Part shown: piece by piece, positions 33,510-45,300 of the stretch
How positions within the stretch are numbered: the first letter of the stretch is position 1
Layout: every line of letters starts with the position of its first letter
NCBI GenBank assembly: GCA_027923505.1
Contig: BROI01000008.1
Coordinates: 992,001-1,056,000 of the forward strand
DNA from: Mayamaea pseudoterrestris
Taxonomy: Eukaryota
Reading direction: 5' to 3'
DNA length: 64,000 nucleotides
Notes under the pieces: generated by a model
The model's input: only the letters and a program-made list of their open reading frames with translations
Database searches by the model: none
What the model was told of the DNA's origin: nothing
Position numbers and translations under genes: made by a program

Positions 33510-35083
33510 ATGAGAAAACAAAATAGCAATGCAGGAAGAGGGGTTGTCGGAGCCGTGATAGTTGCTGGCTGCTTCATTTGTGCATTTGTGCAATACTCAC
33601 TCCTTCCGCTAGATGCCCATCTTGTTGATGTTCATTCGCAAGTGCTGCCGACCAAGCACGAATTCGTCAAAGAAAAACCGGCGACTGTAACTCGACCACT
33701 AGCCAAAGACCAACTCCAGCTTGAAACCTTACGAAATACGACAAGCACAAAAATTCCGCACTACTACACTGTCTTTTCCACGAGCTGCAGCCCACAACAA
33801 GACTGGGAGAGCTTTGTCTTTTTCTTTCACGCCATGCAAGTCAAACAACCTGGATCAGTCACAAGAATTTTATCTGGCTGCAAAGACTTTGAAGAAAAGG
33901 AGCAACGAGATTTTTACGAAAGGTACATCGAGCCAATGGGAGATTTTCACGTTCACTTTACTCCGTCCTACTCCAAGCTTCACCTTGCGGAAGGTGCACC
34001 CTACAAGTACTCAAACAAACCCTATGGACTCTTGCACTGGTTCGAACATGCTCTAGGACTAAATTCTACAAGCAATATTTTAGCAGCTTCTGGCGAATTA
34101 TTGGATGGCATTGTCATTCTCATGGATCCTGACATGATTCTGCTGCGACCACTGCAGCACGACTTTACCGACGAACATGTCCTTTGGGTAGAGAATGAAC
34201 CAGTTTCCAAAATCGTTAGACATGGGCATCCAATTGCTCAGCACGATGGCTACTTGACAAACCAATGGATGTCACTGCCATTAAATTTTACCAAGCCTTT
34301 TGATCGCGACGGACCCTTGCACTGGAACAGTGGGCCTCCTTATATGGCCACGGTCAAAGACTTTTATCAACTCACTTTGAAGTGGACATCGTGGCTGCCC
34401 AAAGTATTGCAAGTGTATCCAAAATTGTTTGCGGAAATGTATGCTCTCATTTTTGCCGGTGTGGAGCTAAACCTTCCGTTTACGTTTATTCGATCCATTG
34501 TGGTTTCAGACCCCACTGCTGGGTCGAAACGAGAAGGCTGGCCATTCATTGATGCGCTTACCGACGAAGAGCTTTGCAACGTTCCAGAGTCGGCTCCAAT
34601 GCCGATTGCTTTACATTACTGTAGTCGCTACATGATTGGAAAGGTAAGAACGAATCAGTGTATCGTTGGTTGTGCTGCATGTGTTGACGTAATACACTAC
34701 CGGTAGTGTAACTAATGGGGGTACATACCATTCTATTATCTGCATACATTTTCGCACAGAATTTCTTCAGCAAATATCGCTTAAAGAAAAATATAATGGA
34801 TTGCGACAAAGCTCTCATTCTTCCGCCTGCGATAGACGTGTATCCGAGGTACAGCTTTACTGTCAACGTGCCCTTGGCGAATGGTCGAGATCGCGATACG
34901 TACCAGGAGGAACATACGCCTTTTTCGAGTGTACAAGAGGCACGTCGACAGGCCTTTATGGTCTGCGCCATGACAGCTAAAGTTAACGAGGCACTTGTGT
35001 ATATAAAAGAGAGGGCATGCAATGGGACAGCCAATTTTAACAAAACATACTCTGTGTATGATGATCCCAGCAACACGCGCTAG
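33510..35083 (+). CDS. Peptidyl-serine alpha-galactosyltransferase / HPAT-like glycosyltransferase (intron 34644-34759)
   Basis: Type II membrane anchor, GSVTRILSGC, YKYSNKPYGLLHW, DPD (DxD) motif and LFAEMYA. Confidence 0.75.
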
Positions 35084-35135
35084 CGTAATAAAAGTAGTTA
35101 ATTAGAGTTCATTCATTACATTTACACCTATCTCA

Positions 35136-35707
35136 TTAGCTTCGTCTTCGACTTGGTTCGCGTTTTGAGCTTCGCGAGGGCTCATGATCATTCGTACTCG
35201 ATCGTCGTTCAGGCACGGGCATATCGTCACCATTGGTCAAATCCTCTATCGATGGAGGTGGGACGAAGCTGCTGCGTTTCTGTATCTCGCTTCGTCTGGC
35301 ACTTTGTGAACGTGGCTTTTCCGAAAGAAGCTCATTATCCGACTCATTTCTTGATCCGGTTTCTGAATGTCTCCTCGTCGTGTTGCGCTTCTTTCCTTAA
35401 GGTGAGACACACTGCAAGCGAACGTCGTTAACATCGTCCTCGATAGCAAAGCCGCGACCGAATTGGATGCGCATAACAGTGATGTCACAAGCATATGAAG
35501 CAAAAGAAACAAGGCATGACTACCAGTAGGCAGCTCCATGATCACAATGACTCCGTCCCTCCCTCCAACGAATCTCCAAGAACAATCGAGCAAATAGGCG
35601 CTACACAACCAATAACTCGCATCGTTCCATCGCTTACCATCATACTTGACTTCTGCCACGCTGCTGGCCAAGATGGCACCTGGGTTTTCCTTGTAAAAGG
35701 TAGTCAT
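35136..35707 (-). CDS. Possible small two-exon disordered protein
   Basis: ATG at 35707 and a G|GTAAGC donor. Splicing to the TTAAG acceptor near 35396 gives an open ~110-aa Ser/Arg-rich frame. Confidence 0.35.
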
Positions 35708-36279
35708 GGTGAATAATACGAGGAGTAAAACGAGCGAGGTACACGTTGGAGGCAAGTGGATGGACGAGGTTGGCGAAAGGAGGGAGGAAGCCGCGCTCTC
35801 TCTAGCGTCGTTTGAAGAGTGATCTAAACCCATTGCAAACAGTGATGGAACGCTCCAGAGCAACTCCGAATCGTTTGCGACGTCACGTGAACAATTAAAC
35901 TCGCAGCGGCACCGAAACGTTCGTCCGCGTCATTGACAAGCATCGCAGCGGCACTAACGAAACCGCGACGGCGCGGCACGCGATGGCCACGAGCGGCACC
36001 TCATCGATGGAAGACTCGACTCTGACTCGACCCATTTCGCAACGACGATCATCCGTATTAGCGTCCCAACAACGTTGAGCAATATCAATTCGACTTGCAC
36101 TGCTCCTGCACGAGCGGATAGTTAATCTTTGATAGAATTTGGCTGCTTTCTTGACCACGGAACGAGAGAAGCCAATCATTCTTTGCTGGCTACCAATTCG
36201 TCGACTTGTTGCTCGCCGGCTCTGATAAGACTATTGAACAACAACAAACATCGATACAAAACATTCATTTCACTAAATC

Positions 36280-37134
36280 ATGTCTGTTGACGAGAGTGCT
36301 CCACTCACTGCCATGGATGGCATTCGCAACGCCTACTACGAGACGGACGCAACCAAGTCCAAGGCCTTTCACGACGCCCGCGAAAAGTCGGCCAGCGAGG
36401 ATGGCCATCAGTCGTCCGGTGGTCAATTGAAACCAATCATTTTTGGTGGTCTCGATGGCATTCTGACTTCCTTTGCCATTGTGGCGGGTGCAGCAGGAGG
36501 GCGACTGTCGCCGCAGATTGTGTTGATCCTTGGCGTGTCCAACATTTTTGCCGATGCACTGAGCATGGGAGTTGGGGAATTTCTTTCGAGCAAGGCGGAG
36601 AATGAATGGATTCTAAGTGAACGCAGTCGAGAGGAATGGGAGCTTGAGAATTATCCGCAAGGTGAAATTCAGGAAATGATTGATATTTACGAAAGCAAGG
36701 GAGTCAGCAAACGAGATGCGGAGTTGGTCATTAACACTCTGTCCAAGTACAAGAGCTTTTTTGTTGACCTCATGATGCAACAGGAGCTGGAGCTGCAAGT
36801 TCCTGATAAGGACCATGTGAAAGAGTCGATGCGCGAAGGAGTCGTCATGTTTTGCTCGTTTGCCTTCTTCGGGTCGCTGCCTCTGCTGGGTTATGTCATT
36901 ATACCGGCCAAATTCCCTCATCTGTCGGAAGATGCCTTGTTTCGGTGTGCCTGCATAGTCACTGGATGTGTCTTGTTTCTGCTGGGAGCTGTCAAGAGCT
37001 TCTTTTCGAGTTTAAAGTGGTACCGAGCTGGCATGGAGACACTGCTGCTGGGAGGATGTTGCGCGACTGTCGCATTTACGATAGGACAAGCTGTCCATCA
37101 ATACCTTGGAGACGATGCAGACAAGTTGGAATAA
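36280..37134 (+). CDS. VIT1: VIT1/CCC1 vacuolar iron/manganese transporter
   Basis: IIFGGLDGILTSFAIVAG, ADALSMGVGEFLS and DLMMQQEL. Confidence 0.92.
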   Translation: MSVDESAPLTAMDGIRNAYYETDATKSKAFHDAREKSASEDGHQSSGGQLKPIIFGGLDGILTSFAIVAGAAGGRLSPQIVLILGVSNIFADALSMGVGEFLSSKAENEWILSERSREEWELENYPQGEIQEMIDIYESKGVSKRDAELVINTLSKYKSFFVDLMMQQELELQVPDKDHVKESMREGVVMFCSFAFFGSLPLLGYVIIPAKFPHLSEDALFRCACIVTGCVLFLLGAVKSFFSSLKWYRAGMETLLLGGCCATVAFTIGQAVHQYLGDDADKLE

Positions 37135-37381
37135 ACTTGATAACGAGAAGAGCGACTAAAGCGGGCGAGCATCGGATGGCGAAGTATCATGTTGCTCATC
37201 GCAGGTCGTTGGTTTCCAACTACTAATGCTTGCGCTTTACATCTGATAGACTTACTATGAACATTGCACACGACTCTATTCTTATTTGTCTGTATGTGGA
37301 AATGATTACATTTTATTTGTTGCGCATTTAAGGTGGTGCATTGATGCAGACGAGTTTGCTACTATTAGCACAGTGGTGCAA

Positions 37382-38299
37382 CTATTGCACTTGCTGCACC
37401 TTTCGCAAACTCTCCGCCGCCTCCTCCACCGCCGCTACCCACGCTTCCATGCCTGGCGCGTCAGGATAGAATATTTCCGCATCGCTCCAGCCTTGTTCGC
37501 GGCATGCCTTGGCACTAGTTTCGCCAATGCAGGCGGCCAATGGCCGCTTGCAAGCATCGTTGCCTTGAGTGTTTGCCAACCATCCCTTGACGGCGGATGG
37601 ACTAGCAAAGCAAGCAATTTGGCATTTACTTGCTAGTTCTTGTTGCGAGTCTGTCCATTTAGCTTGAATGGTATCGTAGGTATTAAGTCGAGTCACTTGC
37701 ATGTTTCGCGCCGTCAATCCATTCATCAACGTATCTGCCGCTCGAACTGATGCCGGATATAGAATCCTAGTAGTGTCGCTAGTAGTCGACGCTGGAATTT
37801 CCTTGGCCAAGAATACGGCCGTTGCCTTTGATGGTGTAAAGGCAACAGGTATGCCGTAGGATTCGAGCGTTACTTGCGTCGCCACGCCAACGGCTGCCAC
37901 GGCTGGCGTTTGTTTTGTGGAGTTCCATGCCGACGACAAGATTTTGGCCGCTTCTGGAGATGTGACTACGACATAGTCCCATGGCTCTTGGGGTGAATAG
38001 AGTGTCTCTGATAAGGCATCAAAGTCTGGTCCGTGTGCGTGTTCAATGCATGGGAGTTCGACTGGAGTCAAATGCTTATTGAGTGCCTCTATGGATTCAC
38101 AAAGCTTGCCATTCTTGCCGTCTTCTCGCGTCATGGCAACGTAAATGGTTTCAGACGATGATATGCTAGACATTCTACCTGCGACTTGTTGTCGACGAGC
38201 AGAGGCAATTGTTCTTTCAGAAGCTGGCCGACTTGTCGCAAAAGCAAGTGATTCTATCGTCTGCAGAAGCAGCAGAAGCACTGCCTCTTTAGCTATCAT
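37382..38299 (-). CDS. hemD: Uroporphyrinogen-III synthase, plastid-targeted
   Basis: TREDGKN, VVVTSPEAA, RLNTYDT, FASPSAV and CIGETSA; SLA-F signal cleavage site. Confidence 0.9.
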   Translation of the reverse strand: MIAKEAVLLLLLQTIESLAFATSRPASERTIASARRQQVAGRMSSISSSETIYVAMTREDGKNGKLCESIEALNKHLTPVELPCIEHAHGPDFDALSETLYSPQEPWDYVVVTSPEAAKILSSAWNSTKQTPAVAAVGVATQVTLESYGIPVAFTPSKATAVFLAKEIPASTTSDTTRILYPASVRAADTLMNGLTARNMQVTRLNTYDTIQAKWTDSQQELASKCQIACFASPSAVKGWLANTQGNDACKRPLAACIGETSAKACREQGWSDAEIFYPDAPGMEAWVAAVEEAAESLRKVQQVQ

Positions 38300-38600
38300 T
38301 GTGTGTCACTTTGTCCTGTAGATGCTACGAGTGTTTGTTGTCTAGAATAGCGGTCGCTGCTTGAAGGTTGCGCGATTAATGGGCATGGTCGAGCAAGTTG
38401 AAGTCTATGCGATCTTTGTAAGTCGCACTGGTTCCGAGTATTCATCCGTGCAGGACTCTTGTCTTATCGAGGCTGACTCATCGGCGCCGCGCCTTCCCAC
38501 TTGTTCCGAAGCGACGATGAGGTTCGACTTGTTCGCTTTTGGCTTGTTTCAACTTACATTCTGCGGTACCTCTACTCAATCATTGCAAATAGGATCCATC

Positions 38601-39823
38601 ATGGGGCAGGCTATATCGTCGACGCAGTTTTACTTCTACGGAAGAAAGCATTTCACCCAGTGAGTTGCGGACAAATTGGACGATCGGCTCGTTCCATGAA
38701 ACTTGGCGCAGAATTTAGCTTGCCAACTCGCAGAGAAGGCGTATGTTGTGCCGAAAGGGAACGGTTTCTGTTGTTACTCATGCATCTCATCTCAAACTGT
38801 TCGAAAAATTGCCATGTACACAGAACCGGCTACCTGAAGCATGTTTCAAGCTATTACTCGCAACCGCCACAGTCATTGGCAAGCATTCCACTTGGCGCTT
38901 CAAATGCCGATGGCATTGACATGACAGGCAAGGTGGTTTTGGTGACGGGGGCTAATTCCGGCTTGGGCAAGCAAGTTGCCACATATGCGGCTGCCAAGGG
39001 AGCCAAGCTGTACATGCTATGTCGAAATGAGCAAAAAGCGGAACAAGCCAAGCAAGATATACTACAGGAAATAAAAACTAGTGGAGGTGATGATGCAGCA
39101 ACAACAAACGGTTCCTTTACGCCAACGGTCGAAGTAATAGTTGTGGATGTTTCCGAAATGGAGTCTGTTCGATCCGCAGCAAAGGAATTGCAGGCGAGGG
39201 AAAGCAAGGTTGACGTGATTGTCTGCAACGCTGGTGTCTTGCTGAACGACAGGACGGAAACGAGTGAAGGCCACGAGGCAACCTTTGCCAGTCATTTGCT
39301 GGGTGGAGCGTACCTACTGCCACAACTCTTGCTGCCGCAGTTGGAGGCGGCGGATGGTGCTCGCGTCATTACTGTCACTTCGGGAGGCATGTACAATTTC
39401 AAGCTACCAAGCTGGGAAGTGTTAACGTCGGACAAGAGCGTCACCTACAATGGCGTCAATGCCTACGCCTACGCCAAGCGGGGTCAGGTGCTGTTGGCGG
39501 AGCGTCGCAGCCACGAGCAACCAAAGGTGAAGTGGGTGACGGTGCATCCTGGCTGGGCCGACACGAACGCTGTGGACGAAGCCTTTGGAGACAAGAAGAA
39601 ATATTTGCAGCCGCTGCGCGAGCCATGGCAGGGTGCGGAAGGTGTCGCCTGGCTCATGGCGGCGGATGCGAGCGAGCTGGAGAATGGCGCCTTCTACTTG
39701 GATCGAAAGCCTCAACCGAAACATATTGCAGGACCATTCTTTACGGAAGGCCATTACACAAAGAACAAGCCAGAAGAAGTTGATGCGTTTATGATCAAGT
39801 TAAAGGAGGCTGCTGGTCTATAA
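38601..39823 (+). CDS. DHRS12-like short-chain dehydrogenase/reductase (intron 38660-38823)
   Basis: TGANSGLG, CNAG, TSGGMY, YAYAKR and HPGWADT. Exon 1 is MGQAISSTQFYFYGRKHFT. Confidence 0.88.
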
Positions 39824-39899
39824 AGAATGTTTTGGTATCGCAGTCTAGTGTCAAATACCGAATAACGTTTTCATGGTTACATGTCGTAACATACTACAA

Positions 39900-40841
39900 C
39901 TAATCACTATCATCATCGTCTCCTTCATCATCGTCTTGATCGTCATCATCCTCATCATCATCGGGCGCTTCCACTATCGTTTCCGGTTTAATGGTAGCAT
40001 CCAACGTGTACGACTCTCCGTACCGACTCTTCATGAGCGTATTCATGTTTCGCTTGGAAATGCCACTGACAATGGCAAAGCCAAAGAGAAACAGGAGCGG
40101 TCCTCCAATGGCAAAGGCACTGGCAAGGACAACCATGGCCGTCGACTGCGATAATCCCCGCTTTTGCAGCAAGGAGATTGCCTTGAAGAACATTCCTTCA
40201 ATGGTCATTTTGGACGACGCTGCCTTTTCCACCTTTTGACCGAGCGACTCGGCCACAACTTCCCGCAGTGCCTGCGGATAGGTTCCTTGCGTGGCGTCAT
40301 CGTAGGCTTCCCGGTAGAGGGACTCGACGGGATCATACTTGTCGTCGTCAAACATGTGGTTTTGCACGTAGCGATCAACGATCTTGTCGAGCGATGGAGA
40401 CGTTTTCTCCATCAAGCGCTCCATGGGAGATATTGATGCTGATGATGACGCATGCGTTGGTGTCGTGTGAAGTGATGCTGATCCTAGCCAGAAAAAGGCA
40501 GCCGCAAACAAGAGAAACATGCTGCGTCGAACGCGACGGCGAATCGAAAAGGGCGACTGGATGTTCCGAAGCGTTTGCTGTATTACGCGCAGTCGCGTCA
40601 TCATTACTAAGCGTTTGGAATCACCATTTCCGTGAGCGTTGCATCTAGATGAAAACAAACGCGAAGCAGTCCATCTAGCGGATTGATTAGTCCAGGTTGT
40701 TGGCGTCGGATCCACCATTGGCTTCATCGTCGATAGTCTTGTCGACGCGGGCGATGATACAGTGAATCCAGACGCTAGATTCGCACATGCTATGCATATA
40801 ATAGCTGTCAAACTATAATTCACAATACAGGACCTCATCAT
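39900..40841 (-). CDS. Hypothetical plastid-targeted membrane protein with acidic C-terminus
   Basis: ASG-F signal site, two hydrophobic segments and a poly-Asp tail; start codon uncertain. Confidence 0.65.
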   Translation of the reverse strand: MMRSCIVNYSLTAIICIACANLASGFTVSSPASTRLSTMKPMVDPTPTTWTNQSARWTASRLFSSRCNAHGNGDSKRLVMMTRLRVIQQTLRNIQSPFSIRRRVRRSMFLLFAAAFFWLGSASLHTTPTHASSSASISPMERLMEKTSPSLDKIVDRYVQNHMFDDDKYDPVESLYREAYDDATQGTYPQALREVVAESLGQKVEKAASSKMTIEGMFFKAISLLQKRGLSQSTAMVVLASAFAIGGPLLFLFGFAIVSGISKRNMNTLMKSRYGESYTLDATIKPETIVEAPDDDEDDDDQDDDEGDDDDSD

Positions 40842-41473
40842 AAATATCTTGTTCGTTGTTGCAAGCGACAGAAATCCCATGGTCGGGAAGGGGAAGTGAC
40901 GGATGCAGTTGGGTTTCACTTCGCACGAGCCATTGTCTTTTCATTGCCGCTCTCAAACTCAACTCAGCTATTGCTTTGGAACTTTCCAAGCTTTGGTTTG
41001 TACGAGGCAACGTCTAGTAGTCTAACCTGGTATCAGATAAAACTACTTGACAACTCTAAACTGAATCATTTTCAGTCTCGTCATTGACACGCGTTAGAGA
41101 TTTCGGGAGTGGGTGTAATTGTTTATAGCTATTTACGTACCTACTCAAAGAGCAGCACTTCTTTATCTAAACCTAGATGATTACAATGACAATATACGAG
41201 AAAAGATTTTCTACTTGTTACAATAATCTCACAGGATACCGATACAACCGGGAAGATATGAGATTCTGGCGGACAATCTTCGAAAGGGCCTGGTCGATAT
41301 TGACTGGCAAAGATGCCGCGAATTGGTGAATAGAGAGGATTTATAACATCCGTTTCTGGGCAGCGAATATGCGAGAATGTTCATATGAATGAGTCGCAAT
41401 GTAGATGATGTATGACAAAGACATGGATCATGTTACTCACTCACCTATCTGCTTCCGGCATTGCAATATAAAA

Positions 41474-42004
41474 TCAATCACGCTTGCGCTTCAATGGGAA
41501 GCGCTTGATTTGAATATTGGGCGTCGAAAAGTCAAGCTTCTCCACCATGAGTGGTGTCGTGTCGTCTGGCATGTTGCGGCAGCGGTACTGTGTGGCGCGC
41601 GAGAGTTGCATGGAGCGATCCGAGTGCACCGAACGCGCCGCCCGACGAGCCTCGTGGACAATGCGGCGGCGCTCCGATCTGGTCAACACTGGCTCGACAG
41701 TGCGATTACTAGAGGAAGTGAAATTGGAAGTAGACTTGCGCGATTTAAAGTTGGCGGCATTTGCAGGGCGAGCGTCTTGCTTCGCGGCAGCGGCACTTGC
41801 TTTCTTCGTCTTTTTGATTTCTACCTTGACAATGACAGGCGGCGGAAAGTTCTCCTTTTCACAGCGACCTCGCATGACTGGCTGAGCAGCAACTGACTTG
41901 TCTTTCTTGGACTTATTCTTGTGCTTGCTCGTCTTCTTTTTGAGTTTGAAGATCGGAATAGGATGCATGCTGCTGTCAGAGCTGTTGTTCGAGTGATGCG
42001 GCAT
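41474..42004 (-). CDS. Hypothetical Lys/Arg-rich protein
   Basis: 176-aa ATG-initiated ORF, basic and low-complexity. Confidence 0.45.
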   Translation of the reverse strand: MPHHSNNSSDSSMHPIPIFKLKKKTSKHKNKSKKDKSVAAQPVMRGRCEKENFPPPVIVKVEIKKTKKASAAAAKQDARPANAANFKSRKSTSNFTSSSNRTVEPVLTRSERRRIVHEARRAARSVHSDRSMQLSRATQYRCRNMPDDTTPLMVEKLDFSTPNIQIKRFPLKRKRD

Positions 42005-42163
42005 GGTCGGAACGGTTTTTAAATGGCGTATCTTGCGATCGAGGGAAATTCTCCGGTAGTGAATTGTACTTCTTTGACGTTGAGAAACAAATCAAGAGAG
42101 CTATCGATGTATACAGAATGAAGGCGGGCTTGTATGCCTGTTGCTTCGAGGCGCAAAGATCTG

Positions 42164-42374
42164 TGTTGGATCTAGAATATATCTTGCGCGCCCTTGAAGC
42201 GACACTAATGATTAAGCAGAACAGAGTCAATAAAACCACTTTACTTATTTTCTCCAAGAAGTGATCGTCCTCGATCCACTCCTTCGGTTGCCGCTTACCG
42301 CGCTTACTTAAATGTGACCGTCTTCGTGACGTCACCGCTGCCGCTTCGGTTTGGGTTCTCATCCATGCTCAACA
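42164..42374 (-). repeat. 3' LTR
   Basis: TGTTGG...TCAACA, direct repeat of 47179-47389. Confidence 0.95.
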
Positions 42375-45300
42375 CACTCCTTTGGGCCGAGTAGTACTTA
42401 CTGCTCGAGGCCAGATTCATAACCAGGTTGCGGAGCTTGCCAAACTGGGCTCCCTGCAATGGTTTCGTGAAGAAATCCGCGACCATGTCTCCGGTCGGAC
42501 AATGCTCAATGTTGACTTCACCAGCTGCCACGCGATCTTTCACAAAGAAGTACCGAACATTCATGTGTCGCGTGCGCTTTGTACTTGAGCTTCTGCCATT
42601 CTTTTCCAACAGCATTGAACTCATATTGTCTTGATACAATTTCGTGTCTTTGACCCCGAAACCTTGCGCCTTCAGAAAATATCCTGTCCACAGCAACTGC
42701 GGTAGCACATCATGAACTCCCACAACTTCGCTCTCCGTCGAGCTTCTTGTTACCAACTTCTGTTTAGCCGACGTACTGTACACTGATCCTTGGCCAAGTG
42801 TCATTGTTCCACCAGTGTGACCCTTCATGTCTGGGTGCACCGCGTACGACGCATCCACCCACCACTGGACTATCCCGGACTGGTCCGCCTTCAGCGTCAA
42901 CACCATGTCCACGCTTCCGCGTAAATATTTAATCACTCTTGCAGCCTTCTTATAGTCGTCTTCGTCAGGCTGCTGCAGCCTCGTGCTCAAGAAAGAAATC
43001 GCTGTGCGAATATCCGGTCGCGCTCGCTGACTCAGATACAGACACTGCATCACAATCGTCACAAAAATCTGCTTCTTCGCTTCGCTCAACATGACAGGAT
43101 TTTCCGATATCTGAAACAAGTGACTGGCTGCCGGAGTAGCTGCCGTTCCATCCATGTCGTCTGGCGCATGATGCAGGATGTTCTTCACATAGTCAACCAT
43201 GTTGATTGCTACTTCTCCAGGCTTAGTATAGTCCAATACCATGCCGAGGTAGTCGTGCACTTTTCCGCGTGACTTATTCATTGGAGTCTCCTTGCCAAAC
43301 TCCTCATCCATCTGCGCGATGAACTCATCCACTACGCTCACGTCGACGTGCGAAATCTTCAAATCGTCCACGTGCCATCCCACGGTGATTTGCTTCCCAT
43401 TGACAATCTTGTTGCACACACACGGATCGTACGGGTTCTTCTCGAAGCCCCACTCAAGCAATTTTGCGGACAACTTCTCCCAGAATAGTCGCGCTGCTCG
43501 AAGCGTACCATAAAGCGCCATGAGTAATTCAACATACATGACTTTCTCGCCATTCTCCATTGTGACGCAAGGCTCGTACATCTCGCGATCAATTTCCAAC
43601 AGTAGCTCCACCATCTTCCCAGTGAAACGAACGTGCACCAACTCATCCATTTCCGCTTGCATGAAAGCACCCGGTACATCAACCACAGCAACCTCGCGCC
43701 CTTCCATAGCGTCAATGATAGCTGTCAGAAAGATGGCCTCTGTCGCTATCGTTGGAGATGCTGCGTCTTCCTTTGCAGTGTATGCTCGTTGCTTGCGTCC
43801 ATCCGCGCATCCGCGTCCCTTCACAGTCCCGCATCTCTTGCGCTTGAGAAACATCAAATACGCCAGAGCGTCCTTGCGCTGCTGCGGAGTCAGAGTGCAT
43901 TGGGGGACTGCCTTCATGACGTGCCTGTCGTGTAGCTGCTGCATTTCCTTGCGCACTGCCTCCACTCCAGCATCGCCAAAAGCCTTTAAACCTTGTCGCA
44001 TATTCATCTGTGCCGTGACGAGTGGCTCCGACACTTCCTCTGCAGCGTCGAGCGTGAACAAATGAGCGAACGAGCGAGGTTTGCGCGCACGCAGGCCATA
44101 CCGACCAGTGCGTGGGCCATAGCGCGCATCGAAATCCTCTTCGTCTGCAGCAGCTGGCACTCCTTCAATTTCGCCTTCATCGGGCACTCCTTCAATTTCG
44201 CCATCATCCACGGCTGGCGCGTCGTCAAGTTCGCCGTCAATGGCCTCACCATCCTCGTCGTTCGGCACTCCTTCGATTGCGCCGTCAGCACCATCGTCGT
44301 CGTCGTCGTCGTCATCGGTCGCATTCACTCCTTCGCTTCCGCCGGCAGAGTCGTCGTCACCGCGAGAAGCGTCGTCATCATAATCAGAGTCATCATCATC
44401 CTCGGCGTCATCTTCGTGCCACATGACTGGCTCAGCAGCCTCCGCAACACGGTGGCGGTCCATGAACACGATGCCCGGATTGGCCTTCTGTTGACGAGCG
44501 AGACGATGCACGCGCTCAATGACATCATCAGGCATGGGCAAAGGCGTAGCGTGCCCACGATTCAGAACTTTGCCCGAAGACAAACTGAGGAAATAAAACC
44601 CACCCTGCACATTACCAGTCGGGCGCAGAGCCAGCGCACCGATCGTGCGCGCCTGCATGTCATTGCTGTGCGACTCATGCGTTTGCACATACTGACCAAA
44701 TTCATACTTGCAATGCCGATTAAAGTCAACTGTCTGACCAGTCACAATAGTGCGTGGACTGAGATCCTTCGAAATGCCACGCTCGTTCGGAAACGCATTC
44801 AACCAAAACACGGCAGACTTCGTCATTTCGATAACCAAGCGTGCCGGCACGTGCTTAAATGGCAACGTGTTGTATGTCGCGCGCACCCGTTCTTTCACGA
44901 CACGGATAAAACGTTCAATTTCGCCAACGTGTTCATCCTCAGATGTCGCATTGAGCGCCACTCCGAGATCAGCCAACGCGCCAAGCATTGGAGCGAACTC
45001 CCCATCCATCAGAGCCGCGACGACACGGAACCCACCGCGTGCGTAAATCTTCAACACAGACTCGATTGCCTTCAACATAACCGGAAGCGTACGGTTTTGA
45101 ATCACCTCAACCGTAGCAAAACGAATGCTGCGGGAGAACGTCACCAACATAGGGACTTTGTTGATATACATGATGTCAGCACAAAGAGTAACGTCTCGAT
45201 AGCGACTCATGATAGCCGGTGGAAGCTGCTCAACAATCGCAGGCTTCACCAGATGCGACGCGCGACGCGTCGTCTTTCCTTTTAACGAGCCAACATCTGG

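Noticed and set aside
36280..38299. VIT1 next to hemD as an iron/heme gene cluster
   Set aside because: Only two convergent genes; adjacency is expected by chance in a gene-dense genome.
41976..42362. ORFs starting in the LTRs (MRTQTEAAAV..., also 46997-47377)
   Set aside because: Read-through from LTR sequence into flanking DNA with no coding signature.
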